A stretch of 64,000 nt of DNA from Sulfitobacter sp. Its GTDB lineage: Bacteria > Pseudomonadota > Alphaproteobacteria > Rhodobacterales > Rhodobacteraceae. Below, in pieces: positions 42,703 through 52,916 of the stretch. The translations under genes were made by a program, and so were the position numbers. Under the pieces are notes generated by a model that was not told where the DNA came from, searched no databases, and saw only the letters and a program-made list of their open reading frames with translations. How positions within the stretch are numbered: the stretch's first letter is position 1; the number at the start of each line of letters is the position of its first letter. The stretch is taken from NCBI GenBank assembly GCA_013002405.1, contig JABDKA010000057.1, positions 516 through 64,515 on the forward strand, written 5' to 3'.

Positions 42703-42731
42703 GGCGGTCCTGCGGGGCCGCCTTTTTCTTT
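42703..42731 (+). terminator. Intrinsic terminator
   Basis: GGCGGTCC-TGCG-GGGCCGCC followed by TTTTTCTTT. Confidence 0.72.
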
Positions 42732-42736
42732 GCCGC

Positions 42737-43975
42737 TCAATCCAGCGTGAAAAGCTCGTACCGGTCCGTCACTCCGCGCATGCGGTATTGACCCAAGGAA
42801 ACGAGATCCGGCCGGTCTTCAAGCAGCGGCTTTGCCACGTGGGATGAGATCACGATGGTCTGATCGACCGCACCGCACATGCCCAAAATACGCGCGGTGG
42901 TGTTCACGGCGGGGCCGATCACTGTAAAGTCGAGCCGGGTGCGCCCGCCGATGTTGCCATAGTGGACGTCGCCCGCGTGCAGGGCCAGGGTGAAACCGGT
43001 GGATGGCAGATCTGCCGCCTTCCTTTCGGTTTCGAGTATCTTGAAGGCCTCCCGCAACTCGACCACCGCTGCCACCGCCACGGCTCGGGCGTCGGGTATT
43101 TCGTCCAGGTCGAAGATTGCCAACATCCCGTCACCCATGAACTTCAGGACGTTCCCGCCGTTCTGTTCGACGATCTCGACCGCGACGCCGAAACAGGCAT
43201 TCAACATGTCGATGATCTGGGGCCCCGGCAGTGTCTCCGACAGCTTGGTGAAGCCGCGCAGATCGAAGTACCAGATGACGGCTCTCTTCGTCTCGGAAGA
43301 GCCGCGCATGATGTCCCCCGACAGCACCCGGCGCGAGGCGTCGCGGCCCAGATAGGCGGCAGTAATATCCTCTGCCATCATGCGATTTGCACCGCTTTTC
43401 AGCGTCAGGCTGATCGGAGACATGAGGCCGCGCAGCCCTTCCAATTGCACTTCGGTGAAGCCACCGGGTGCGTCTGTGCAGAGGGAAATTGTTAGCCCCT
43501 CTTCAAGCCTCATCGGGTTCGAAGGGGAATTCTGATCTTTTCGCAGAAAATACCGTTTAGCCGCGTAATAGTCCGTATAGCCGAGCGCGCGCAGTTCATC
43601 GAAGATGGGGAAATTGAGCTCTGGATCGGGCACATCAAGCCGCTGACTGAAATCAGAGACCGGGCTTGCCATGAGATAGAAGAGGGGGCTCTTGCGATAC
43701 TCCTCTGATTCATCCGTGTTGTTCCGGTTGTATTCGAAATTTTCATTCTCTTCGTCGCGTTTCCACCGGAAGGCGAGCGCTCCGATCTCCGGATGATGGG
43801 CGCGCATGGTGAGGTTCACACGGGTGAGCTGAAAGCCCGCGTCGATCAGTCGGAAACAGAAGTCTTCAAGCCAGTCGTTAACGGGCGTGTTTTCCAAACC
43901 CTGCTGGATCAGCCAGTTGGACAGATCAGCCAGCTTGGCCGTCATTTCGAAGTTGTCGATTGTCGGGGCAGCCAT
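42737..43975 (-). CDS. Soluble class III adenylate/guanylate cyclase with GAF-like N-terminal domain
   Basis: FDLRGFT, KFMGDG, GNIG..RLDFTVIGPAVN..AR. Confidence 0.88.
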   Translation of the reverse strand: MAAPTIDNFEMTAKLADLSNWLIQQGLENTPVNDWLEDFCFRLIDAGFQLTRVNLTMRAHHPEIGALAFRWKRDEENENFEYNRNNTDESEEYRKSPLFYLMASPVSDFSQRLDVPDPELNFPIFDELRALGYTDYYAAKRYFLRKDQNSPSNPMRLEEGLTISLCTDAPGGFTEVQLEGLRGLMSPISLTLKSGANRMMAEDITAAYLGRDASRRVLSGDIMRGSSETKRAVIWYFDLRGFTKLSETLPGPQIIDMLNACFGVAVEIVEQNGGNVLKFMGDGMLAIFDLDEIPDARAVAVAAVVELREAFKILETERKAADLPSTGFTLALHAGDVHYGNIGGRTRLDFTVIGPAVNTTARILGMCGAVDQTIVISSHVAKPLLEDRPDLVSLGQYRMRGVTDRYELFTLD

Positions 43976-44140
43976 GGGACACCTTCAATCTGTTTTGGCT
44001 TTCCGCAATTCTACGGTCTTCGGTGCAATTCGGACAGTTCTTTCGCGCTTGGCGCGCACATTGGCCGGGCAGCGCGCACTACCGTTGCCCAACAGATAGG
44101 CATGGTTCCCGTTCCTGTCACCCTTCGGGGCCGACCAAGC

Positions 44141-44181
44141 TTGATTTGCGTCAATCATTATTGCTTCGCTCCTTCTATGCT
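44141..44181 (+). promoter_or_regulatory. FNR/FixK-type class II promoter
   Basis: TTGAT-TTGC-GTCAA with -10 TATGCT at 44176-44181. Confidence 0.6.
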
Positions 44182-44218
44182 TCACCCAGATGGAAATCTG
44201 ATGTGCTGGAGATCTGAG

Positions 44219-45343
44219 ATGAACAGGATTTTGCTGACTGCCTTGATGCTCGTTTGCACCGCCGCAGGTGCAATCGCGCAGGAAAAGGAAAGCTACTTCG
44301 ATTTCGGCGGGGACAGCTTTCGCGCTGGGTCCACTGCCGTGCTGGATGTCGACGGTGTGGATGATCTCTTCATGGCAGGGGAAACGGTGCGGGTAGAAAA
44401 GCCCATTGCCGGGTCCGCGCATTTGGCCGGTCGCAAGGTTTTTGTGTCAGAGGCTGTCGGTGGAGATGCCTATGTGGCGGGAATGGAGCTTTCGATTGAC
44501 GGCGCGATCGCGGGGAACGCGACGGTGGCGGGCTATAGCGTCCGCCTTTCCGACGTGGGCGGTAATCTTAGGGTCACAGGAAGCTCCGTTGAGATTTCGG
44601 GCCCGGTGGCCGGATACGCCTTGATTGCTGCGGATGAGGTTGAGATTGATGCGGTTATTTCAGGTGATGTCAGCCTGACCGCGAGGGAAATCGACTTCGA
44701 CGATGGGGCGCGGATTGAAGGGACGCTGACCCTTTACGAGGAGAAGGGGAAAAGCCTTGAGGTCCCCACATCGATTGTGCCCGCCGACCGGGTTGAGCGA
44801 CGGCCGATTGCCGAATGGTCTGAGGTCGCGGAGGAATTCGAGGTCTGGAGCTGGCAACAGGCGATCTGGAAATTCGTCCGGGGAGTGATTCTGGTGGCGG
44901 CATTGGCCGCCCTCGTCGCGGTCTTCGTGCCCGACCGGCTTGCCAGTCTGCGGCGCAGCATCCTCGACCAGCCTTTCCGCAACCTCCTGTTCGGGTTCCT
45001 TGCCGTCTCGGCGCTGATCGGGTCGACCATCCTCCTGATGATGACGCTGGTTGGCCTGCTGCTGACCCCGCTGACGGTCCTGACCGCGCTCTTGAGCGCC
45101 TTTGCGGGCTACGTGGTCGGCGCTTACGCGGTAGGTGTGGGCCTGACCCTTCTGGCCGGGCGGCCTGAGCCGGACAGCATGGGCACCCGTGCCATCGCAG
45201 CGGCTATAGGTGCGCTGGCAGTTGCGGTGATCGGGCTGATCCCCTTCTTCGGCTGGCTCTTCGTTCTGGCCCTGTCGCTGTCGGGGGCGGGCGCCATCGC
45301 GGTCTGGCTGTTCCAGCCGCGGTTCTTCGCGCCCACCTACTGA
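44219..45343 (+). CDS. Exported beta-helix (bactofilin-like) repeat protein with C-terminal TM helices
   Basis: Signal peptide; about 17-aa repeats such as GDAYVAG, GNATVAG, GNLRVTG, GDVSLTA; several hydrophobic C-terminal helices. Confidence 0.75.
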   Translation: MNRILLTALMLVCTAAGAIAQEKESYFDFGGDSFRAGSTAVLDVDGVDDLFMAGETVRVEKPIAGSAHLAGRKVFVSEAVGGDAYVAGMELSIDGAIAGNATVAGYSVRLSDVGGNLRVTGSSVEISGPVAGYALIAADEVEIDAVISGDVSLTAREIDFDDGARIEGTLTLYEEKGKSLEVPTSIVPADRVERRPIAEWSEVAEEFEVWSWQQAIWKFVRGVILVAALAALVAVFVPDRLASLRRSILDQPFRNLLFGFLAVSALIGSTILLMMTLVGLLLTPLTVLTALLSAFAGYVVGAYAVGVGLTLLAGRPEPDSMGTRAIAAAIGALAVAVIGLIPFFGWLFVLALSLSGAGAIAVWLFQPRFFAPTY

Positions 45344-45348
45344 GGGTC

Positions 45349-47241
45349 TCAGCCCTTGGCGTAGCCGATCCCCTGCAGGGCCACCTTGATCTCATCGAGG
45401 ATGGCCGGATCGTCGATGGTCGCGGGCATCTTGAAGTCCTGACTGTCAGCGATCTTGACCATGGTCGCACGCAGGATCTTGCCTGACCGGGTCTTTGGCA
45501 AGCGGTCCACCACGACGGCCTGCTTGAAGGCGGCCACGGGCCCGATCTGGTCCCGCACGCGCTGAACGCACTCCTTGGCGATCTCCTCGTGCGCGCGGTT
45601 TACGCCCTTGGAGAGGCAGACAAAGCCCACAGGTGACTGGCCCTTGAGTGCATCGCTTACGCCGATTACAGCACATTCGGCCACGTCCGGATGACCCGCC
45701 AGCACCTCCTCCATTGCGCCCGTGGATAGGCGGTGACCGGCCACGTTGATGACGTCATCGGTCCGCGCCATGATGTAGAGGTATCCGTCCTCATCCATCA
45801 TGCCCGCATCGCCCGTCTCGTAGTAGCCGGGGAAGGTGGTCAGGTAGGATTTCTTGAACCGGTCCTCCGCGTGCCAGAGCGTCGGCAGGGTGCCGGGAGG
45901 GAGGGGCAGTTTGATGGCAATCGCACCCAGTTCGCCCGGTTTCTGGGGCTGCCCCGCCTCATCGAGGATCTCGATATCATAGCCCGGCATGGCCACCGTG
46001 GGAGAGCCGACCTTGACCGGGAGGGCTTCGAGTCCCGCAGGGTTGCCCGCGATGGTCCAGCCCGTCTCCGTCTGCCACCAGTGATCGAAGACCGGCTTGT
46101 CCAGCATGTCCTGAGCCCAGTGGATCGTGTCGGGATCGGCGCGTTCACCGGCAAGATAGAGCGCCCGCAAGCATGACAGGTCATACTTTTTGAGGAACTC
46201 GCCCTTGGGGTCCTCCCGTTTCACCGCGCGGATGGCGGTGGGCGCAGTGAAGAAAGAGCGAACCTTGTGCTCTTCGATGATGCGCCAGAAGGTGCCTGCA
46301 TCGGGCGTGCCGATGGGCTTGCCTTCGAAGACAATCGTTGTGTTGCCGTGGATGAGGGGCGCGTAGCAGATGTAGCTGTGGCCGACGACCCAGCCGACGT
46401 CCGACGCGGCCCAGAAGACATCGCCGGGATCACACTGGTAGATGTTCTTCATCGTCCAGTTTAGTGCCACCAGATGGCCTGCGGTGTGACGCACAACGCC
46501 CTTGGGCGCGCCGGTTGTGCCCGAGGTGTAGAGGATATAGGCCGGGTGATTTCCTTCGACCGGAACGCAGTTCGCCGGGGCAACCCCTTCCTGTGCCGCC
46601 TGCCAGTCCAGATCGCGGCCCGGGATCAGATCGCAGTTGTGCTGCTCTCGCTGCAGAATGATGCAGACCTCAGGCTTGTGATCGGCCATCTCGATGGCCC
46701 CGTCCAGCAAGGGCTTGTATTGCACCACACGGCCCGGCTCCAGCCCGCAGGATGCGGCGAGGATCGCCTTTGGGGTGCAGTCGTCAATGCGGACGGCCAG
46801 TTCGTTGGCGGCAAAGCCCCCGAAGACGACCGAATGAACCGCACCGATCCGGGCACAGGCCAGCATGGCGTCCAGCGCTTCGGGCACCATGGGCATGTAG
46901 ATGATCACCCGGTCGCCCTTCTCCACGCCCTGGGCCACCAGCGCCCCTGCCAGCCGCGAAACGCGATCCTGCAGTTCGGCATAGGTGATCTTGGTCTGGC
47001 TGGCGGTGACGGGGCTGTCATGGATGATGGCGATCTGATCGGCGCGGCCATTCTCCACGTGGCGGTCGACTGCGTTGTAGCAGCCGTTCACCTTGGCATC
47101 CGCATACCATTCAAAGAGGTTCTCCCCCCGTGGAAAGAGCGCCTTTTTCGGGGCCTCTACCCAGTCGATGGATGTCGCCTGCTCAAGCCAGAAGGCTTCG
47201 GGGTCCTCTTTCCATTGCTGGTAGGTTTCGCGGTATCCCAT
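45349..47241 (-). CDS. prpE: Propionyl-CoA synthetase (acetate/propionate-CoA ligase family)
   Basis: YTSGTTGAPKG, SDVGWVVGHSY, DHWWQTETGW, PKTRSGKILR. Confidence 0.88.
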   Translation of the reverse strand: MGYRETYQQWKEDPEAFWLEQATSIDWVEAPKKALFPRGENLFEWYADAKVNGCYNAVDRHVENGRADQIAIIHDSPVTASQTKITYAELQDRVSRLAGALVAQGVEKGDRVIIYMPMVPEALDAMLACARIGAVHSVVFGGFAANELAVRIDDCTPKAILAASCGLEPGRVVQYKPLLDGAIEMADHKPEVCIILQREQHNCDLIPGRDLDWQAAQEGVAPANCVPVEGNHPAYILYTSGTTGAPKGVVRHTAGHLVALNWTMKNIYQCDPGDVFWAASDVGWVVGHSYICYAPLIHGNTTIVFEGKPIGTPDAGTFWRIIEEHKVRSFFTAPTAIRAVKREDPKGEFLKKYDLSCLRALYLAGERADPDTIHWAQDMLDKPVFDHWWQTETGWTIAGNPAGLEALPVKVGSPTVAMPGYDIEILDEAGQPQKPGELGAIAIKLPLPPGTLPTLWHAEDRFKKSYLTTFPGYYETGDAGMMDEDGYLYIMARTDDVINVAGHRLSTGAMEEVLAGHPDVAECAVIGVSDALKGQSPVGFVCLSKGVNRAHEEIAKECVQRVRDQIGPVAAFKQAVVVDRLPKTRSGKILRATMVKIADSQDFKMPATIDDPAILDEIKVALQGIGYAKG

Positions 47242-47323
47242 GGTCTTGCTCCTCCCTTGCGTTCCCTTGGGGTTACGCAGCAAAATGCCTTCGGACAAGC
47301 GTTTCAATGACGCGAGAGGTCCG

Positions 47324-47372
47324 TTTGCAAAGTTTTTTGCGCCCCGGCGGGTATTTCGTGAAAATTTGTAAA
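47324..47372. promoter_or_regulatory. Candidate PccR/PrpR (ScfR family) sites
   Basis: TTTGCAAA-N4-TTTGCGCC and a further TTTGTAAA upstream of prpE. Confidence 0.5.
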
Positions 47373-47377
47373 GCCGC

Positions 47378-49651
47378 CTAACCGTAGTGCGCCACGGGCG
47401 TGCCCGCGATCGCCCCCATGTTCAACAGTCCCCGCGCGGTGATGGAGGGTGAGACGATGTGCGCACGGTTGCCCATGCCCATCAGGATCGGCCCCACCTC
47501 AAGTCCCCCGCCTTTCATCTTGAGTATGTTCCGCACACCCGAGGCGGCATCCGCATGGGCAAATACCAGGACGTTCGCCGCGCCCTCCATACGGTTGCCG
47601 GGCAGCAAGCGGGCGCGCAGCTCCGCATCGAGGGCGGTGTCGATATTCATCTCCCCTTCGTAGCAGAAGTCGGCCTCCTCCTGGTCCAGCATACGGATAG
47701 CGGCCCGCAGACGGCCCCCGCTCCCTTCGCCCTGGTTGCCGAACTGTGATTGGGAGCAGAAGGCGATCTTCGGTTCGATTCCGAAGCGGCGGACGTGGCG
47801 GGCCGCGCCTCGGGCGATTTCAGCGATCTGTTCGGGGTTTGGATGCAGGTGCACCTGCGTATCGGCGATGAAAAGCGGACCGTCCTCCAGGATCATCAGC
47901 GACAGGGCGCCGTGCGGACGCAGCCCGTTGCGGCCCAACACCTGGCTCACGTAGTTGAGGTGCCAGCCGAATTCCCCGAAGGTGCCGCAGATAAGACTGT
48001 CAGCCTCTTCCCGGTGCACCATGACTGCGCCAATGGCGGTAGTGTTGGTGCGCATGATGGCCTTGGCAATGTCGGGAGAGACGCCCCTGCGGGCCATGAG
48101 CTGGTGATATGTTTCCCAATAGTCGCGGTAGCGCGGATCGTTTTCGGGGTTCACCAGTTCTATATTGTCGCCCAACCGCAGGTTCAGACCCGCCTGTTCG
48201 ATCCGGCGTTGGATCACCTCGGGTCGCCCGATCAGGATCGGGCTTTCCACCGTTTCCTCGATGATCGCCTGTGCGGCGCGCAGAACACGCTCATCCTCGC
48301 CTTCGGCAAAGACCAGACGCCGGGGAGAGACGCGCGCGGCCTCGAAAACGGGGCGCATCAGGAGGGCGGACTTGAAGACCGAACCGTCCAGCTTGCGCTT
48401 GTAAGCGTCCAGATCCTCAAGCGGGCGGGTGGCGACACCCGTTTCCATCGCAGCCTTGGCCACGGCGGAGGAGACCACACCGATCAGGCGCGGATCAAAG
48501 GGTTTGGGGATAAGGTATTCCGGCCCGAAAGTGAGTTGTTCCCCCTGGTAGGCGGCCGCGGCTTCGGCCGAGGTGGTGGCGCGGGCGAGGGCCGCAATGC
48601 CATCTATGCAGGCCAGTTCCATTTCATCGTTGATCGTGGTGGCGCCGACGTCCAGCGCCCCGCGGAAGATGAAGGGAAAGCAAAGAACATTGTTGACCTG
48701 ATTGGGGAAATCGCTGCGTCCCGTGGCGATGATGGCGTCGGGCGCAACGGCGCGGGCCAGGTCGGGCAGGATTTCGGGCGTCGGGTTGGCCAGCGCGAAG
48801 ATGATCGGGCGGCCGGCCATTTTGCCCACCATTTCAGGCGTCAGCACACCGGGCCCGGAGAGGCCCAGGAAAAGGTCCGCATCCGGGATCACCTCATCGA
48901 GCGTGCGCAGATCGGTCTTTTGCGCATACTCCGACTTGATCGGGTTCATGTCGACCTCACGACCCTGATAAACCAGTCCGTTGATGTCACAAAGCCAGAC
49001 GTTTTCCCGCTTCACGCCAAGTTTCAGCAGCATGTTTAGGCAGGCTATTCCTGCAGCACCCCCACCGGTGGAGACGATCTTGATCTCCTCGAATGTCTTT
49101 CCGGCCACGTGCAGGGCATTGGTCACCGCCGCGCCAACCACGATCGCGGTGCCGTGCTGATCGTCGTGGAAGACGGGGATGTTCATCCGCTCGCGGCAAA
49201 GTCGTTCAACGGTAAAACAATCGGGCGCCTTGATGTCTTCAAGGTTGATGGCGCCGAAGGTGGGGCCCAGCGCGCAGACGATATCGGCCAGCTTTTCGGG
49301 GTCGGGCTGATCCAGTTCGATGTCGAAACAGTCGATGTTGGCGAACTTCTTGAAAAGCACCGCCTTGCCTTCCATGACGGGCTTGGAAGCAAGCGCGCCG
49401 ATGTTGCCAAGCCCCAGCACAGCAGTGCCATTCGTCACCACGGCCACCAGATTTCCGCGCGAGGTGTAGGTCGCGGCGGTAGCGGGATCGGCCTTGATTT
49501 CAAGGCAGGCCTCGGCCACGCCGGGCGAATAGGCGCGGGCCAGGTCACGGCCATTGGCGAGGGGCTTGGTCGCGCGGATCTCCAACTTGCCGGGCTTTGG
49601 ATAGGCGTGATAATCAAGTGCGGCCTGGCGGAGATTTGGGGTGTCTGACAT
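47378..49651 (-). CDS. maeB: NADP-dependent malic enzyme with phosphotransacetylase-like domain
   Basis: [49 protein letters not shown]. Confidence 0.96.
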   Translation of the reverse strand: MSDTPNLRQAALDYHAYPKPGKLEIRATKPLANGRDLARAYSPGVAEACLEIKADPATAATYTSRGNLVAVVTNGTAVLGLGNIGALASKPVMEGKAVLFKKFANIDCFDIELDQPDPEKLADIVCALGPTFGAINLEDIKAPDCFTVERLCRERMNIPVFHDDQHGTAIVVGAAVTNALHVAGKTFEEIKIVSTGGGAAGIACLNMLLKLGVKRENVWLCDINGLVYQGREVDMNPIKSEYAQKTDLRTLDEVIPDADLFLGLSGPGVLTPEMVGKMAGRPIIFALANPTPEILPDLARAVAPDAIIATGRSDFPNQVNNVLCFPFIFRGALDVGATTINDEMELACIDGIAALARATTSAEAAAAYQGEQLTFGPEYLIPKPFDPRLIGVVSSAVAKAAMETGVATRPLEDLDAYKRKLDGSVFKSALLMRPVFEAARVSPRRLVFAEGEDERVLRAAQAIIEETVESPILIGRPEVIQRRIEQAGLNLRLGDNIELVNPENDPRYRDYWETYHQLMARRGVSPDIAKAIMRTNTTAIGAVMVHREEADSLICGTFGEFGWHLNYVSQVLGRNGLRPHGALSLMILEDGPLFIADTQVHLHPNPEQIAEIARGAARHVRRFGIEPKIAFCSQSQFGNQGEGSGGRLRAAIRMLDQEEADFCYEGEMNIDTALDAELRARLLPGNRMEGAANVLVFAHADAASGVRNILKMKGGGLEVGPILMGMGNRAHIVSPSITARGLLNMGAIAGTPVAHYG

Positions 49652-49675
49652 CTGGGCGGACCTTCTGTGAGAGAA

Positions 49676-49707
49676 GTAGTTTAATGGTAAACTACCCTTG
49701 GGGTAGT
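49676..49707. promoter_or_regulatory. Overlapping palindromes upstream of maeB
   Basis: GTAGTTTA-N4-TAAACTAC and ACTACCC-N3-GGGTAGT. Confidence 0.45.
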
Positions 49708-49746
49708 CCACTATTACACGGGCGCAGCCCTTCTCCAAGCGGATTT

Positions 49747-49812
49747 GGGGGCCAGCCCCTATCGCAACCCGGGGCGGCGATTTCGCCGGGAGTATTTGGA
49801 GTGACCAGGAGG
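49747..49812 (+). repeat. Short intergenic repeat (GGGGC-N3/4-GCCCC family)
   Basis: GGGGGCCAGCCCC ... GCCGGGAGTATTTGGA. Confidence 0.5.
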
Positions 49813-49897
49813 TGTCTGCCTGGCAGGTCCCTTGCGTTTTCGCATCGCGTCAGGTGGTGGGATTTCTTATAAGTAGAAAAAAGGGGGACTCATTCCA

Positions 49898-50287
49898 ATG
49901 GATTTGCGCAAAGCGGCAGTTGAAGTGCGGGAAAGGGCCTACGCGCCCTATTCGAAGTTCAAGGTAGGGGCGGCCGTACGCGGGGCGTCGGGTGCGGTCT
50001 ACGTGGGCTGCAACGTGGAGAACGCGGCCTATCCCGAAGGAACCTGCGCCGAGGCCGGGGCCGTTGCCGCAATGGTAGCAGCGGGCGAGACACGCATCGC
50101 GGAAGCCTACGTCGTGGCCGAAGGGGCGAAACCGGTGTCGCCCTGCGGGGGCTGCCGTCAGAAGCTGTCGGAGTTCGGAAGCGGCGACATGCGGGTGACG
50201 ATGGCGACCACTGCGGGGGCTGAACAAGTCTCGACCCTGGCCGACCTTCTGCCTGGTGCCTTTGGCCCAGGCCAACTTGAGGACTGA
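49898..50287 (+). CDS. cdd: Cytidine deaminase
   Basis: AYAPYSKF.VGAA, NVENA, CAE, PCGGCRQ. Confidence 0.96.
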   Translation: MDLRKAAVEVRERAYAPYSKFKVGAAVRGASGAVYVGCNVENAAYPEGTCAEAGAVAAMVAAGETRIAEAYVVAEGAKPVSPCGGCRQKLSEFGSGDMRVTMATTAGAEQVSTLADLLPGAFGPGQLED

Positions 50288-50290
50288 GCG

Positions 50291-51595
50291 GTGAATGCGC
50301 GGGCGATACTGGCGGGGCTGCGCCACGGGCGCGCGCTTTCCAAGGATGAGTTGCGCTGGATGGCCCTCGCGCTGGCCGAGGCGGAGGTGAGTGACGCCCA
50401 GGCTGGTGCCTTTGCCATGGGCGTCTGTCTCAATGGCCTGGATGAGGCCGGGCGGGTGGCCCTGACCCTGGCCATGCGGGATTCGGGGCAGGTTCTGTCC
50501 TGGGATCTGGGGGGACCGGTGCTCGACAAGCATTCGACCGGCGGGGTCGGCGACTGCGTGAGCCTGGTCCTGGCCCCGGCACTTGCCGCCTGCGGGGCCT
50601 ATGTGCCGATGATTTCGGGGCGCGGATTGGGCCATACCGGCGGCACCCTGGACAAGCTGGAATCGGTGCCGGGCGTCGCGACCCAGGTGGAGGAGGCGCG
50701 ATTGCGCGAGATCACGGGACGCGTCGGTTGCGCCATCGTCGGGGCCACGGCGAATATCGCACCGGCGGACCGGCGGCTGTACGCGGTTCGTGATGTCACC
50801 TCGACGGTGGATTCGCTGGACCTGATCACCGCCTCGATCCTGTCAAAGAAACTGGCGGCGGGGCTGGACGGGCTGGTCCTGGATGTAAAGGTCGGCAGCG
50901 GGGCCTTCATGAAGGATATCGAGGCCGCGCGTGCCCTTGCAACTGCCCTGAGCGGAACCGCCAATGCGGCAGGCTGCCGGACCACGGCGCTTATCTCGGA
51001 CATGAGCCAGCCGCTGGTGCCCGCGCTGGGCAATGCGCTGGAGGTGGCCGAAGTGATGCGGGTACTGACAGGCGGCGCGCGCGGGCCGATCGTGGAGCTT
51101 TCGGCGGCCCTCGGCGGCGTGCTGCTGGCGGGTGCGGGCCTGTCCAAGGACGTGCAGGCCGGGGCGGACGCGATCCTGCGCGCCATCCGGGACGGATCGG
51201 CGGCAGAACGGTTCGGGCAGATGCTGGCGGCCCTGGGCGGACCGGTGGCCTTTGTGGAGAATTGGGCGCGCTTCCTGCCGGAGGCGACGGTGATCCGCCA
51301 GGTCAGGGCCACCCAGGCCGGTTTCGTGACGGCCATAGAGGGGGAAACACTTGGCCTCGCCGTGGTGGATCTGGGCGGCGGGCGCAAGGTGGAGAGTGAC
51401 AGGGTCGACCCTGCCGTTGGCCTTTCCGAAGTGGTCCGGCTTGGCGCGCAGGTTGCGGTAGGTCAGACGCTGGCGGTCGTCCACGCCTCCCGGTCGGATC
51501 AGGCGGACCGTGCGGCGGCGGCGGTGCAGCGGGCCATCACCATAGGCGAGGCCGCGGCGACCCCGCCGGATCTGATCGTGGAAAGGGTGGACTGA
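50291..51595 (+). CDS. deoA: Thymidine / pyrimidine-nucleoside phosphorylase
   Basis: DKHSTGGVGD, SGRGLGHTGGTLDKLES, SILSKK. Confidence 0.94.
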   Translation: MNARAILAGLRHGRALSKDELRWMALALAEAEVSDAQAGAFAMGVCLNGLDEAGRVALTLAMRDSGQVLSWDLGGPVLDKHSTGGVGDCVSLVLAPALAACGAYVPMISGRGLGHTGGTLDKLESVPGVATQVEEARLREITGRVGCAIVGATANIAPADRRLYAVRDVTSTVDSLDLITASILSKKLAAGLDGLVLDVKVGSGAFMKDIEAARALATALSGTANAAGCRTTALISDMSQPLVPALGNALEVAEVMRVLTGGARGPIVELSAALGGVLLAGAGLSKDVQAGADAILRAIRDGSAAERFGQMLAALGGPVAFVENWARFLPEATVIRQVRATQAGFVTAIEGETLGLAVVDLGGGRKVESDRVDPAVGLSEVVRLGAQVAVGQTLAVVHASRSDQADRAAAAVQRAITIGEAAATPPDLIVERVD

Positions 51596-52779
51596 TGGCA
51601 CGGGCCTTCCTTGTGGTGATGGATTCGGTGGGCGTCGGTGGGGCCCCGGATGCGGATCAGTTCTTCAACGGCAATGTGCCCGATAGGGGGGCCAATACCC
51701 TTGGACATATCCAAGCGGCCTGTGTGGCGGGAAAGGCCGAAGAGGGCCGCAGCGGGCGGCTGCACCTGCCGGTGATGGGGCAGCTTGGCCTCTGGCATGC
51801 CCTGTCCCTCGCCAACGGCGAAAAGCCGGAGGGCAAGACTACGGGGCGTTGGGGCGCTGCGACAGAGGTTTCGCGCGGGAAGGATACGCCCTCGGGCCAT
51901 TGGGAATTGGCCGGGGTGCCGGTGCCCTGGGAGTGGACCTATTTCCCGGATGAGCGGCCCGCTTTTCCGGGAGATCTGACTGCCTTCGTGGCAGCGCAGG
52001 CGGGTACCGAAGGGATCCTGGGGAACTGCCATGCCTCCGGCACCGAGATCATTGCCGAACTGGGGGCAGAGCATTGCAGGACGGGGCTGCCGATATGCTA
52101 CACCTCAGCCGATTCGGTTTTTCAGATCGCGGCGCATGAGGAAACCTTCGGGCTAGGGCGGTTGCTGGCGCTCTGCGAAGCGGTGGCGCCTCGCCTCCAC
52201 GAGATGCGGGTGGGCCGGGTGATTGCGCGGCCTTTCGTGGGTGACGCCGAGGCGGGCTTTGACCGCACCCCAAACCGTCGCGACTACGCAATGGCCCCGC
52301 CCGCGCCGGTGCTGACGAACTGGGTGCAAGAGGCGGGGCGCCGGGTCTATGCGGTGGGCAAGATCGGCGACATCTTCTCGATGGAGGGCATCGACGAGGT
52401 GCGCAAGGGCGACGACGCTGCCCTGATGGGCCATCTGACCGATCTGATTGCGGAGGCCGAAGAGGGGTCCCTGACATTTGCCAACTTTGTGGAGTTCGAC
52501 AGCCTCTACGGGCACAGGCGGGACGTGTCGGGCTACGCTCGCGGACTAGAGTGGTTCGATGCAGAGATGGGACGTGTCATCGCGGCGCTGCGGCCCGGCG
52601 ACATGTTGCTGATCACGGCGGATCACGGGAACGATCCAACATGGATAGGGACCGACCATACCCGTGAGCGGGTCCCGGTTTTGGTCGCGGGGACAGGTGC
52701 AGGTACGCTGGGACTTATCGGCTTTCGCGATGTGGCAGGACTGGTCGCGGGCCATTTGGGGGTGGCGGTGCCGGACTGA
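51595..52779 (+). CDS. deoB: Phosphopentomutase
   Basis: MDSVG.G, GKDTPSGHWE, FDSLYGHRRD, TADHGNDP, DHTRE. Confidence 0.96.
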   Translation: MARAFLVVMDSVGVGGAPDADQFFNGNVPDRGANTLGHIQAACVAGKAEEGRSGRLHLPVMGQLGLWHALSLANGEKPEGKTTGRWGAATEVSRGKDTPSGHWELAGVPVPWEWTYFPDERPAFPGDLTAFVAAQAGTEGILGNCHASGTEIIAELGAEHCRTGLPICYTSADSVFQIAAHEETFGLGRLLALCEAVAPRLHEMRVGRVIARPFVGDAEAGFDRTPNRRDYAMAPPAPVLTNWVQEAGRRVYAVGKIGDIFSMEGIDEVRKGDDAALMGHLTDLIAEAEEGSLTFANFVEFDSLYGHRRDVSGYARGLEWFDAEMGRVIAALRPGDMLLITADHGNDPTWIGTDHTRERVPVLVAGTGAGTLGLIGFRDVAGLVAGHLGVAVPD

Positions 52780-52916
52780 GAGAGGGCCCTATTATGCTGT
52801 CTGATCGCGGCTAGCCGCTGCAACCCGGCCGGACTTTGCGTTGAGAGAGGGGTGCATCGCGGCTTGTCTCACCGCGCCGCTTGGGTCAGAACGGGGCATG
52901 CCAAAAGGGGGCCGAA

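Noticed and set aside
43793-44218. 142-aa N-terminal extension of the bactofilin-like ORF
   Set aside because: Overlaps the divergent cyclase start; the signal peptide and promoter fit ATG 44219
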